From: Camelus ferus
Lineage: Eukaryota
Assembly (NCBI RefSeq): GCF_009834535.1
Contig: NC_045696.1
Location: 51,772,001-51,836,000, forward strand
Length of the DNA stretch: 64,000 nucleotides
Direction: 5' to 3'
Positions 26,101 through 38,443 of this stretch are shown here, piece after piece. Each line of letters opens with the position of its first letter. Positions within the stretch are counted from its first letter, which is position 1. The notes beneath the pieces were generated by a model. It did not search any database. It worked only from the letters and a program-made list of their open reading frames with translations, and was not told the DNA's origin. A program made the position numbers and the translations under genes.

Positions 26101-28190
26101 AAATTTATCATATTATTGGTGAAGAAAATGCATTAGATAAAATTCAACTAGTATGCTTGATTAAAAATGCTTAGCAAACTTTAAATAGATGATGATAACT
26201 TTGTTACAATAATTTTGATTTATCACAATCCTAAGCAAATACATTTCCATTAAAGAAAGAAACAGAGCATTCCTATTATCACCGCTTCTATTCAGTATTA
26301 TATAGAGGTCTCAGTAATGCAATATGACAGGAAAAAGAAATTAAACATTTAAGAATTGAAAGTTAAGAGACAAATATTATTTACTGATGATACACATGTC
26401 TATGTAGAAAATCTCAGAGAATTTCCAGTTTAGCCAGGAGAACTCATAAAAGAGTTCAGTAAAGTTGCTGAGTCTATACTAATAATAAACAATAAAGCGG
26501 AAAACAGATTCCATACATAATAGCACAAAAATCTAAGTTATATGAGAAGAAATCTAACAAAATAGGTTCAAACAAGACCCTCTGATTAAGTAGAGGAATA
26601 TAGTCTGTTAACAGTCAGAAAGACACAGTGTTATAAAAATACCAATTCTCCTCCAGATTATTCTCTAAAGTTAATGTAAATACAAATAAAATTCAGCAGG
26701 GCTTTTGCCAAACTTGCCTAAAATTCATATTGAGTAGTAAAAGGCCAAGAGATGCCAAGAGAATTTTAAAGAAGAACAATGTAGTGAGATTCACCCTATT
26801 AAAAGCTATGGTAATTATGGCACCATGGGGTTAGCAGAAGAGTAGAGAAACAGTCCATTGGATGAAATAAAGATCTTAAAAACAGATTTGATGTAGGCAA
26901 AAAATGGCATTATAAATTAGTGGGTAAGGATGACTAATTTGTTAAATGGTGCTGGGACAATTGGGTCATCCACATGGAAAAAGAATAAAATAGGGTGCAT
27001 GGAAGATATCATATACAAAACTAAATGCCAAAAAGATTATAGATCTAAATGTAAAAGACAAACTTTAAAACTGTTAGAAGAAAATATAGGATCTTCTTAA
27101 GGATCATGTCACATGGAAAGATTTTTTTAAATGACATAAGAGCATAAACCATATAGGAAAATATCAATAAACTTAACTGCATTAAAATTAGAAGCTTGGA
27201 AAAATAAGTGCTACTCTAGACAGTTAACAGAAAAACTATAAACTGAGAAAAGATACTTGCAATCTATGTTGCCCAAAGGATGAGACTTCAGAATATTACA
27301 ACAACCACCAAAACCAAAACCAACAGCTGTCCAAAACAACAATAGCAAAGCAAATAACCCAATAAAAAGATTGGCAAAGATATAAATAGACAACACACAT
27401 GAGGAAATCCCAGTGGTTTACAAGTGAAAAAATTTTTAAATGATATATTAGTCTATCCCCCTCAGACTGACAAAAATGTAAAACCCTTGGCCACTCCAAA
27501 TGTTGTGAAGCATATGGAGAAGCTCTCATAGACTGCTAATGAGAATATAAATTGGTACTACCCCCTTAAAGAGAGAAATTTTATAGTTCTTAGTAAAGTT
27601 AGTAAACTTTAGTTAAAAAAAATAAAATTTAGTGAAAAATTTTAAATGCATTTAAAATGCATCTTACAGTTCAGCATTTCCCCCTCTGTGTACAAACATG
27701 TACAAAATGTTCATTACAATTCTGGTGGTGTTTGGGAACTCTTGGAAATAATATTTAACAATTAGAGACTTAAATTTTAGTGACACATACAGTAGAATGC
27801 ACTTTATAAAAGCCATAATATACGGCTTAGGTAAAGCTAATTCATGATGATAGATGTCAGAATAGTCTGGCTTGTTTTTAACCTTTTGTTAAAGTTTTGG
27901 AGAATATCACCTGCAAGGGGGCACGAGGGACTCTTCCTAGCTATTGTGAATTTTTGTATCTTGGATTGAGTATTGTCACACGGATGTATACTTACATAAA
28001 AGCTCACCAGCTCTACATTTAACCTGCGTACTTCACTGTATATAATTTATAATGGAGTAATATAAGATTAAAACAGATTTGGAAATAAATTCTCCACATT
28101 AATTAAGATTTGTTAAACCCGGTGCTGAATTCTCATATGTTAACTTTATTCTTTATATTTTTATATGTTTGAAATATTTTACATAAAACA
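23130..28190 (+). mobile_element. ancient L1M element, ~5 kb, decayed ORF1/ORF2 and 3' UTR
   Basis: A-rich plus strand. ORF1-like gatagcagacttctc near 24400. ORF2 remnants: ttttatgaggctagtatcacc (FYEASIT, ~25865), tcaccgcttctattcagt (SPLLF, ~26280), ttatttactgatgat (LFTDD, the RT FADD motif, 26377-26391), aaatggtgctgggacaattgg (KWCWDNW, ~26945). No open frame remains. Confidence 0.88.
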
Positions 28191-29359
28191 TTGATAATAC
28201 AAAGGCTACTGCTTTTCCTAACTAGAATTAATCAAAGTAAACTGAACTCCCTAGTGGCATCTTCTCCTCTTCACAGGAATCAGTAAGCACTTCACAGCCA
28301 AACATACGTAAAAAGTGATCATTTTGTTGCATCAAAAGTAAAACTTCAATTCATTTCTTGATCATGGGTAGAATCTGAGCTTTCTTAAATGATTGAACGG
28401 CAGCAGGTATTCTACCAATGCACAAAGATCATTCACCCATTTAGGTTTTTCAGCTGATGAAGTGGGGAACGTATTGTCAAAGGTTTTTTTTGATGTGAAT
28501 CAACAGGTGGTTTGGCATCAATATTGCTATTTGTTCCTGGGTTTCACCTCTGGTTTCAGAAAAAAAAAAAAAAAAAAAAGAGACGATACCTTTTCAATGC
28601 TGTATTTCAAGTCAACCATATGGAAAGCAAGGTTTTATTCCAGCCAATTCTCTTTCTCTCAAAATGTGGAGGAAAAGTGCCAGCCACTGCTACTCTTGCC
28701 ACCAGCCACGGTACAGATGTTTGGAAAATGCAAAAATAGAGAAACGAAACAAAAAGAAAACCCTCAAAAATAAGTTTTGCATAAATGAAAAATAAGAGTA
28801 TATAATTATCATAGCTGCAGAAAGGTAAATGCATTTTAAATTTTTTCCCTTGTGTTAAACTAAAAGAACCAAAACAAACAAAAACGCTGATGTTTTAACT
28901 CCGTGTTTTGTTGAAACTGATGATTACAAGGACCAACTCAAACATGGCTAAAAGGGGGAATAAAAATCAGATTTCTTTTAATCTGATAAAAGATTTTTTA
29001 TCTCCAAGAATGTTAGAATATGACCTACTTAAATGAATACTTATTAAAGGAGCAGATCCATTTAAAAATACATGTTTTCAGGTATTAAAATAAGAATGGA
29101 GAAAGTGTTTCTTTGAAATCTTGTTAAGAGAAAAGAAATCATTGAAATTATAATGGTTCCTTACACGACTCAGATAAAATACAGCTTGGGAAGAAATGTC
29201 TTCCAAACTGTTCAACCATGCATCCCTAAGTTGGCTTAGCTAATTTTCAGACCCAGTTTTTCCAAAAGCAAATGTCCTATCAGGTTTAAGTACATCAATG
29301 TAGATTATTCAAAAAGATGTCTCTGTTTAAAAGAAGTTTTTAAAAAATATAATGTGATT

Positions 29360-29540
29360 TCTGAGAAAGTGTTGGCTGTATTGTAAGTCAGACCTCGATT
29401 TGGGCCCAGCTCTGCCCCAATCTTGTTGTGTTGATGTTATTAGACATATTTGGGTCTCAGTGTCCACATCTCTAAAGTGGGAGTGTGACACAAAGTCACA
29501 GCCCTATCCTCAAGCTCCTTTCCAGTCCCACAATTCTATG
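29360..29540 (+). mobile_element. MIR/MIR3 SINE
   Basis: gtcagacctcgatttgggcccagctctgcc...gggtctcagtgtccacatctctaaagtggg...tccttttccagtcccacaattctatga. Confidence 0.7.
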
Positions 29541-30828
29541 AATCCAATGAAATTACTCCAGCATGAAGGCTTTTATTTTCTTCCTTCCTTTTTTGCTTCC
29601 TTAAAAATAAACAGTCAAATAAGTAAATATATGTTAAAACCACACACACTAATCATCTATCCTACTAATAGGAAGAGAGAATTTTTTTTGTTGCCATTAT
29701 CTATTCCCTAATGTGTATTTAAAAAGAGAGTTTCCATAAAAATTTTTTATTTTTTCCCTGAATCAAAAATAGTGTATCATTTCTTTGCCATTTAAGTTCT
29801 AGTAAGAAAGAAAACAGAAAGTCATTATAGAAATCATATTAGGAACTTGAAGAAGGAAGAAAAAGTCACTAAACTCCATTTACATGTTTTCTTTTACAGA
29901 AGATGTAAGATGCAAGTGCCGCCTCAAGCTTCCCTTTCCAGGGGCAATATCCTTAACTGTGTGAAACACAGGACCCTCTTCACACACCCTTCCCACCTGT
30001 CTTCTAAGGCAACAAAGCTGAGGTATAGATTACAGCCTGAGATACTTGGGGTGGGAGTAAACATTTCATCTGAGAGACAGTACTGTGGTCAACTTGTCAA
30101 ATCTAAAAGTGAGTTAAGCCCCATCACTACGCTGGCAAGAAATTTGGGTTCTCATGGCTGAACAATGATAATCATTTTTACACAAGACTTTTAAAAATGA
30201 AAGCACCTGAGGCACCAGCCAGAAAGTAAGCCTGGGAATGCACGTTTTTCTGTCAATATTCAAATCAGATAAGACACTCTCAATGCACCCGTAATGGAGG
30301 GCCTGAAAAGGACGCAGGGCACCTGACACCTTGGTGAATAAAAGAAGCTCAGCTTTACTGAAAAGGTCAAAGTGTCTGAGGCCGATGCTCCATTGTTCTA
30401 AGTGCTGATGTGCCTCAGGCAGCAGCAGAGGCAGAATTCGTGGGGGCAACAGGCGAGGCTTCTGTTACAGCCCCCAGCTCTGGTTTGCATGCTGATAAGC
30501 CTGTGACCCACCAGACTCATGCTCAGGGAACACCCAGTATGGGTCCCCCGGGAGGGGAGGGCTCCGCAAACAGAAAGGCAAGAGTCTGAAGTCACCCAGT
30601 GTCTGAGCACTCCCTACTGGCTGCTGACGTTGGAGACAACTGGTGGTGTCTTACAAAGGGCTGTCACAGGTTTCTGTGAGGAGGCTGATGGACATACCTC
30701 ATTTTTAGGGGATAAGAGCATGGCTCTGATTAGGTTTAGATAGCTCCAGATGTTACACTAAATGAGGAGGAGGTGGGGCTACTGATAAAAGGAAATCCAA
30801 GAACTGGCAAAACCTGTATAAAACTGGT

Positions 30829-30983
30829 AAGGACCTACTGTGTAGCACAGGGAACTATATTCAGTTTCTTGTAATCAGCTATAATGGAAAAGAATCTTAA
30901 AATATACATGACTGAATCGCTTTGCTGTACACCTGAAACTAATATTGGAAATCAACTACACTTCAATAAAAAATTTAAAAAAA
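30829..30983 (+). mobile_element. short 5'-truncated cetartiodactyl-type L1 3' end
   Basis: aaggacctactgtgtagcacagggaactatattca...ctttgctgtacacctgaaactaa...aatcaactacacttcaataaaaaa; similar to the 3' ends at 51.9 kb and 60.7 kb. Confidence 0.9.
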
Positions 30984-31017
30984 CCTGCCATACAATTTTC
31001 ATTAACTCTTTCAGCAA

Positions 31018-31841
31018 CAGTAGCTCCCCCTTATTCGAGGGGGTATGTTCCAAGACCCCAAATGGATGCCTGAAACTGCAGATAGTACCGAACTCCATAC
31101 ACCATGTTTTTTTTTTTTAACATATACATACTTAGGAAAAAGTTTGATTTATAAATTAGGCACAGCAAGAGATGAACAACAGCTCATAATAAAATAGAAC
31201 AATCATAACAATATACTGTAATAAAAGCTATGTGAATGTGGTCTCTCTGTCTCTGACTCAAAATATATTTTTGTACATTTAATGACTTTAATTTAAGCAC
31301 CTATGACTTGTGGCCATAGCTATTGCAGTTTGAGGTGCAACAGCAAAACTAGCATGAATTTCTTTCTCCTTCTTCATGGTTTCGTGGATAGAAGGTTCAT
31401 TCTTGCCATAGATCTTAGCAATATCAGTATACTTTTTTTCTTTAGGAAGTTGAGAACTTTCACCTTTTCAATTAAAGGAAACTTTTACAACTTCTCTTTG
31501 GCATATCTGATCTGTCAGCATTACTACTTTTGTGCTTTGGGGCTATTATTAAGTAAAATAGGGTGATTCTAACTCAAGCACTGTGATACTGTGTCACAGT
31601 CAATCTGATCTGATAACCGAGATGCCTACTAAGTGACTAACTGGTGGGATACGCTGGACAAAGGGATCATTCACATCCTGGGTGCGAGATATCATCATGT
31701 TATTTAGAATGGTGCACAATTTAAAACAAATGAATTGTTCATTTCTGGAATTTTCCATTTAATATTTTTGGACCACAGTTGACCGTAGGTAACTGAAACC
31801 ACAGAAAGTGAAGCCATGGATAAGGGGTGGGGGGACTTCGG
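31018..31841 (-). mobile_element. MER44 / Tigger7-derived non-autonomous DNA transposon
   Basis: TIR-like ends cagtagctcccccttattc and ggataaggggtggggggacttcgg followed by TA. Internal tatgttccaagacccc...ggatgcctgaaactgcagatagtaccgaac and atttctggaattttccatttaatattt...ggtaactgaaacc. Confidence 0.88.
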
Positions 31842-33059
31842 TATAAATGTTTTATAAACTATGTACAAACCAGTGTATGCACAGGTGTCTATTTGGGGTG
31901 GAGGGGGTGTGGGAGGAAATGCATTTTGGTGCAGCTCATTTTTTTCCAGCAGTAGGAATCCTTGGGACAGTCCATTGTGTTCACAACATTTATGTTTCAC
32001 CAGAACAGCCAACCCATAAACTTGATGGAACTGCACCATACAGCTGCACCTAAGCCCCAGACAGGTGGGTCCTTGTTTACTGGGACAAGCCTGGGGTAGC
32101 AATACTGGTATGTCCCCAGACCTCTGCTCTGTTAGGGTTCTTCTGTATAAGATGAAGGTCAAAATGGCAGCCTGCTAAAAGCAGAAGCATTTCAATTGCA
32201 GGAATAATTTGCTTGTCATCAACTTGTTAATGCAACAGTCAAACATTTCTTTGACATGTACAGTATCAGCTAGCTTCAGCAGATAAAGGGTCTAGAACAG
32301 GAAGATGCTGCAGATGCTTTAGCTCGGAGGAAGGCTTGGCAGAGCCAAAACGTCAGAAGGGCCTATTTGTTCCATACTTTCCATCGGGCTCAGTGAAAGA
32401 AATGTTAGATTACTGCAATGACAAGTTTGTGACAAGCAAGTCATTTGTGCAACTGGTGCGCTCCTGTTTTTATCTGTTTACCATTCCGACTTGTGAATGC
32501 CATTTCAAGCACTTACAGGATTTCTGGCTCCCATTAAGGGGAAATGGTTTCTCCATGTTTAGAATTTTCTGCCTCAAAGAGAATTACTAAGCAATTATTT
32601 ATCCCTGTGGTCACAGTGTCACACAAAAGCACTCTTGAGTTGTTTAGTTGGACTCTGAATCATGAAATGGAGTCCTGGGGACTGGATAGCTTGGAGCATC
32701 AGAAATTTCTCATCTAGTTTATTGGAAAGACTACAAAGCAAGCCTGTAAGAGTCAATAAAACTGTGGCCAGCTTGAAATACCTTGCTCTTTTGCTCTGGG
32801 ATCATATATCAAGGCCATATGTTTCAAAGCACATAAACTCACATGTAATGAGTAGATCCTGAGAAGCCAAGGCCTGACTATGTCACAGACACTGACATGT
32901 GATCTAACACATGAGAGTTTTGGTGACAAGGACTGTTTCAACTGTTGAGATGGGAATTTACATGGCCTTCTCCCTGTATTCTGCGGGTAACCAGGGGGCC
33001 AATCCAAATCCAGAAAGCATTTTAGGTGCGGGGTAAAAGGTAATATCATGATGTGAAAT

Positions 33060-33300
33060 TAACACTGGGGTCATCCTCTCTAGGCTGACTTTTGCATAGT
33101 AAATGGAGACCCTGGAGGATTTCAGATCAAGAATTCAAGATGGTCTTATTGGATCCTTCATCTGGGATTGCTGAGTGACTTTTAGTGAGTCATTTTAACC
33201 TTCTGGGAGGAGAGTATAAAACAAAAATACCTCTTCCTTGTTCACCTGACATGAATGGTCTCAGGCTCAGTGTTATAAAACATAAAGAATGCCTTCAGAA
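33060..33300 (+). mobile_element. MIR SINE (diverged)
   Basis: gctgagtgacttttagtgagtcattttaaccttctgg...aaaataatacc-like segment. Confidence 0.45.
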
Positions 33301-33619
33301 CTCAAGAACAAGGATAGTTATTTCCTAAAAGTCACATATTCTTTTTTATAATTTAAGGTTTTTGTACATTGCTGGTACTGAAATGATAAGTGATTGTGGG
33401 TATACCTCTTAAAGAACATGGAAGCATGAAGTTTCGAAGCTTGGAGACAGGCACTCACAGCTCCTGGGGAAGCGAGTCAAAGCTGGGACAGAGGTTGGAA
33501 TGTTAAGGACCAAACAGAAAGTGATGATGTAAAACTAGGCAGAGCTTGGTATGGGTGACTAGAGAATGTTGCAGAAATGGATAACTATCCTTGCTGAATA
33601 AAAACTTCATTGTTAATAA

Positions 33620-33830
33620 GCATTTGCCAGACACCACATGCATTACACAGTTTACACGTGTAATAGCATCTTGACAACAGCTCCATGGTGTGTGTATTAT
33701 CAAACTTTCTTTCAACACGTGGAAACTAAAACTTAGAGAAACTTAAATATTTTACTATAAATCTGTAAGTAGCAGAGGTTTGAAACTATTTCCCCTTAAT
33801 CCAAAGCCCTGATCATTTTAACCACTGAAG
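33620..33830 (-). mobile_element. MIR SINE (diverged)
   Basis: tgccagacacc...ggaaactaaaacttagagaaacttaaat...gtaagtagcagaggtttgaa...tccaaagccc. Confidence 0.6.
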
Positions 33831-34749
33831 AACTAAAGTCATTTCCACCACCTTCAGAAGCCTTTTCTCTCCAGTTCACTGGAAAACATTTTCACCTGAA
33901 AACGGAGCTACTGGAGAACTTACTATAAAAAGCCCAGTGAGAACATCCTGGCGCAGCTGTGCTGCTGGCCTTCTTAAGCCTCTGGGAGAGCTGAGCTTCA
34001 TCAAGATGTCGTCCCTCTTGCCTCAGCTCGACCTAGTCCTGCTTTATTACACGAAGAAGAGAAGAAAGGGATTCCAACCTCGTCACAGATCTTTGTGCTG
34101 TGAATGCAGGGTGTTTGGCTGCATCTCCTGCGTCCATGCCAACCTCTTCCCCTCCCTTCACGTGCATAGCCTTCAGTTCACCCTACCCTCTGCTCCGATG
34201 TTACCTCCAGGGAGCCTTCTTTTGTCACTTGTCTGCTATTGTTTTTAGGTGGGGGAAGGGGCGGACATCTTTCTTCCCATGACAAGTTTTACTGAAACAG
34301 TCTAAACTTCAAACTTCACACAGAATGTCGTCTTTGTTCAGTCTTCTGCTTTGTTTCTCTTTAATGATAGCTTTGCCACAGGTCCTGCTCTTCCTGTGTA
34401 ACTCAGAGCTATGCAAATCAAACTGGTAAGCAAGACTTCGCAGCTGCTCCATCTTAAAATGAGTATGTGTCCAGGAGGTGGAAGCCTCTGAGTGAAGCAT
34501 GTCTTCTGAATGTTACGTGGCTGCTCCCCTTGTACGAGTGGCAAAGAACAAGCTCAGTGAGATCTGCGTTGACATTCCTTGGTCTCTTTTTAGTGTGTGT
34601 TCAGAATGGATCATAAGAGGTTTTTAGCTTAGGAGAACTTTTTGTTTCACAATATTTCTACTTTTTTTTTTTTTTCCAACTTCTAGGGGTTTCCCCAAGC
34701 ATAGGATTCTTACTTAAAAACTACGCAAGAAGACATCATGCATAATGTA

Positions 34750-34990
34750 GAATCATCAAATCACAGAGCAACGTGTAAAGGACCCTGAATACCCTAGGAC
34801 TTGTTTGCCCGCAGTGGCCATCCAGCCTCTGCTGCACCCCGCCAGGGGGCTGGGGCCCACAACCTCACATACAACCCAAGCCTGCTTTAGGACACTGCTA
34901 TTTGTTCAAAATGTTCTTCCTTATATTCAGCCTTAATTTGTCTTTCTAAAATTCCCCATCATGGCTTCTAATTCTTTCTCACTGCACCTT
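34750..34990 (-). mobile_element. L3/CR1 3' fragment
   Basis: tagaatcatcaaatcacagag...catccagcctctgc...aaatgttcttccttatattcagcc, a typical reversed L3 end. Confidence 0.55.
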
Positions 34991-35306
34991 TCAGTCCTGA
35001 GAGCTTCATGGAACTAGTGGTTTAATGGCTCATTTGACAACAACACTTGTGTATCTCATATAACAAGGGGTTTAGATCATCCTGCCTGTCCCTCTCCCCT
35101 CACCGCATATAAGTTAAATTCCCATTCTACCCCTCTGACAACGCCTGGAGACACGAAAGTCAGTCAGTCTACTCAGATTCTTCATTTCCATTTAGATGTG
35201 GCTAACACACGTGGCAAAGTATTATTAATCTCTTTGATTTTCTGTCCTGTTCCGTGGAAGATCCTGCTAGACAACCTCAGGCAGATTTGCCAGCTATAGC
35301 TATTCA

Positions 35307-35420
35307 CAGGGTGACCATATGATTTATCGTTCAAACAGGGACACTTTTTGAGGGTGAAAGAACCCAATGAAAAATTATACCAAGACCATAGGCATAAACC
35401 AGAAATGTCCCAGGTAAATC
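35307..35420. mobile_element. hAT-Blackjack MITE (MER94/MER81-like)
   Basis: agggtgaccatatgatttatcgttcaaacagggacactttttgagggtgaaag...aggcataaaccagaaatgtcccaggtaaa; right TIR appears lost. Confidence 0.75.
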
Positions 35421-35439
35421 TATACAGTACCTTGCACCA

Positions 35440-35600
35440 ACCTTCACCCCAACACCCATCTCTTTGTACTGCAGTTATCTGTTTCCACATCTGCTTCTCC
35501 CACCAGTCTGTGAGCTCTCTTCAGCAATGGACACATTTATTTGTGTACCTCTATTTCCCAGAAGAGTATTTGGCAAGTAGGAAGAGCTTGGTATATGTTT
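35440..35600 (+). mobile_element. L2 3' fragment
   Basis: tctcccaccagtctgtgagctctcttcag...ctctatttccca...tggcaagtaggaagagcttggtatatgtt. Confidence 0.6.
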
Positions 35601-37088
35601 TTTTTAAATTTTTAACTAAAGGTAGCCTTTTTTCCACTTGTGTTCTGTGGATCTCTCCCCTTATTTAAATCAAATGCCACCAACACATTTTGGCTTCATA
35701 TTTTTGGAGATGAATCAAAAATACTTAGTGCCATAGGAAGGGAATGACTTAAGCTTAATAGAAATGGGCTTGCCTCTGAGTATTGAGAGCAATAAGCAGA
35801 GTGAAATGCGCTACCTTTCCAAAAGAAAAGTCTACTTCACCTTTTTACAGAACTCTGAACAATGTTCTAATCTCTTTGTCCACAAGTAAATTTTTTCAGC
35901 AGCTGTACCCACAATTCCAAGCTTATAGTACATCAATTATTCTAGGTGATGATGGTAACACAGTGTGATGGTTACATATGTGACTATATGGAATGAAGGG
36001 TAACATCGTGAGATTCCTGAGAATTCTCCACTAAAACACTGGTGGCACCTTCACCTCGGCCAAGCACATTTAGTAGTCCTAGTGGATTTTCGCGGTTTTT
36101 GCTTCTGAATAACAGTGGGTTTTAAAAAGAGAGAGAAGAAGAGAGTCCTGAAAAATGTGAATCACCTAGAGAAGCCATTTCTTCCCTCTCCCTGACACAT
36201 TTAGACCATTCCATAAAGATGTGAGTCTATCCTGCTTAGGTTAAAGAGCTGCACAGAAGACAAACCCAGAACTTCCTCTCAGTGTTGAGAAGCCTCACTA
36301 TCAAGAGCCTACCTTTTCATCAAACTTAAAGATTTTCTTTGCAGAATAAAAGCCTATTTCATCACTATGGGGTCTCAGTGAAGAAAAGAGAGAAAGTCTC
36401 ATTTCTTCCTTTCCATCACTTGCTTAAAAACTAGTATTAGCTCACTATCTCAACCTTCCTTTTTTAAGGCAAAAAACAATCTCAATGGTTTGGCTTTTCC
36501 TTAAAGACCTTTTTTTTTTTTTTAGTTTAAAATTTATATTTTACCGGGAGGGGTTTTATAACTCTTTCCCTCCAAGACACTCACATCCAGTTTTAGCTGA
36601 ATATTAAACAAGCATGATGAAGTGTCTGATCTACGCTCAGAGGAAATAGTAGAAATGCCCATATTCTTCGTGCTTTTTATGCCGTCTACTATTACAGCTA
36701 TTTTTAAATTTCAGTTTTACATTTCTCTCTCTTGGTTAACTTTCTACGCTCTATTTCTAGATGCTATTTTGCCCACAAAGCTAGTCATTCTTTATTTTCA
36801 GTCCATCAATGATGTTTACCAAACGGTTAAAGATAATTGAGAATATAAGACTTGCAGGAAGATTCAAAAGAAACAAAGTTCTATGCCTTCCCTTGCATAT
36901 AACACATTTATGGAGAAAGAAGATAATCCCACATAAAAGCAGCAATGTGGCTATGCATATTCAGGTATGTGGTGTTGTTTAGGACCTATTAACACATGCA
37001 AGCTCACATGGCTGTATGAACTCATACACCTGATGAGGGAGCAATGGGATGAGATGCTCTTGTGATCTTTATTTTCCCTCCTGAAGAA

Positions 37089-37138
37089 TACTAACATTAA
37101 CTTTTATTTAACATTATTCTGTTTATTTTCTGTTTCAG
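37089..37138 (+). other. strong candidate 3' splice site
   Basis: Perfect branch point TACTAAC (37089-37095), an AG-free T-rich tract, then TTTCAG|G with exon start 37139. Confidence 0.35.
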
Positions 37139-38391
37139 GGAGTGTCCATTTCAAATGACTGTCCTTTTTCTGAAGTGGTCGGTTATACCTATGTCTCAAA
37201 TTGCTGCTATCTGGACCACTGTGCATAAAATCACTGTACATTGAAAGTGTGCATTCCCTGTCCTCAACATCTAAAACAGTGATTTACAGTTGTTTAAAAT
37301 CTCTGGTGCCCTGTTGCTCATGTGATTTTGTATCGCTCTGCCCTGACTACTCTTTCTTAAAATATAATTTTACATTAAAATTGGCTTCGTTTTTTGAGAT
37401 TTTGAAATACTGCTACCAATAATTTAGAACACACTGAGTTTAATATTGGACATGTGTCTAGATAATCAAGGTAATCAAAAACCAGAATCCAGAATGGCAG
37501 AGCATTTCTCCACATTGAGTTTGAAATCCAAATAATTTCCTGAGAATTCTAAAGTGCTTGGCACCACATAAACAAGTTACAAATCTTGTTTTTTTTTGTC
37601 ATTTGAGACAAAAATCAAAAGTTCTGCTATTTATGTGGAGTTAGATCATAACTCGAGCTTTGCCTTAGTTTACCAGAGCTCTCACTGGACCAAGAAAGAA
37701 GACAAGGTATCAACCAGTATGGCACTGTGCTGGTTAATACCTAGAGTCCTAATGCTGTCAAAGGATTGCCACATCAGTTTTACCAGGGCTTTCTTGGGAT
37801 GTTTTATTGCACATAGGTTAGATTTCCATGTTTATAACTTGCAGATAGTGGTATTAAAATGGTTGTATATGGTACAGTTTCCCAAATAGTGAGTTTCATT
37901 TCATTTTGGCAGAGAGGAGACAATGAAGGTAAATATAAAAGTATTATCACTCACAAACAGAAAGCTGAGCTGGAGCATAACTGCGCCCTTCTTGGGTGAT
38001 CAGCCACAGAGCACCATTTACGTAGGAGTTTGAATTTCTGTATAGACCTTAGTTTTAAATTGCATTGAATATAAACAAAACAATGTTAATAAGCAGCTCA
38101 TTTATTAAATTTATAGAGAAACTTTCTCCAAAACATATTACTCAGTCCAGTCTACTACTTTGTGCAGTCTGTTCTCTATTTTGATCCATCTATTGTTTTT
38201 ACAGAATTTTATTCTATAAAAATCAATATTATGTATTTTCTAAACAGCATAATCTATTCTTATATCCAGTCTATTCCACTCCCAACATACAATTCCAAGA
38301 CATTCACACACATTACTCAACATTCATTACTTTTGGGCACACGGATGGTCTCTGGGTCCAGGGCTGCTAGTTAAACAGGTAGCTTCCAAGC

Positions 38392-38443
38392 CTGCTACAT
38401 GAGTAGAAACCGAAAACTGCTACATGAGTAGAAACCGAAAACT
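38392..38443. repeat. perfect 25-bp tandem duplication
   Basis: ctgctacatgagtagaaaccgaaaa at 38392-38416 and 38417-38441, followed by ct. Confidence 0.97.

Noticed and set aside
27639..27658. 20-bp palindrome attttaaatgcatttaaaat
   Set aside because: Very AT-rich and inside a decayed L1; plausible by chance or slippage.
34411..34425. MQIKL as a coding first exon
   Set aside because: Not recognised as a known N-terminus; ATGCAAAT is equally explained as an octamer motif or chance.
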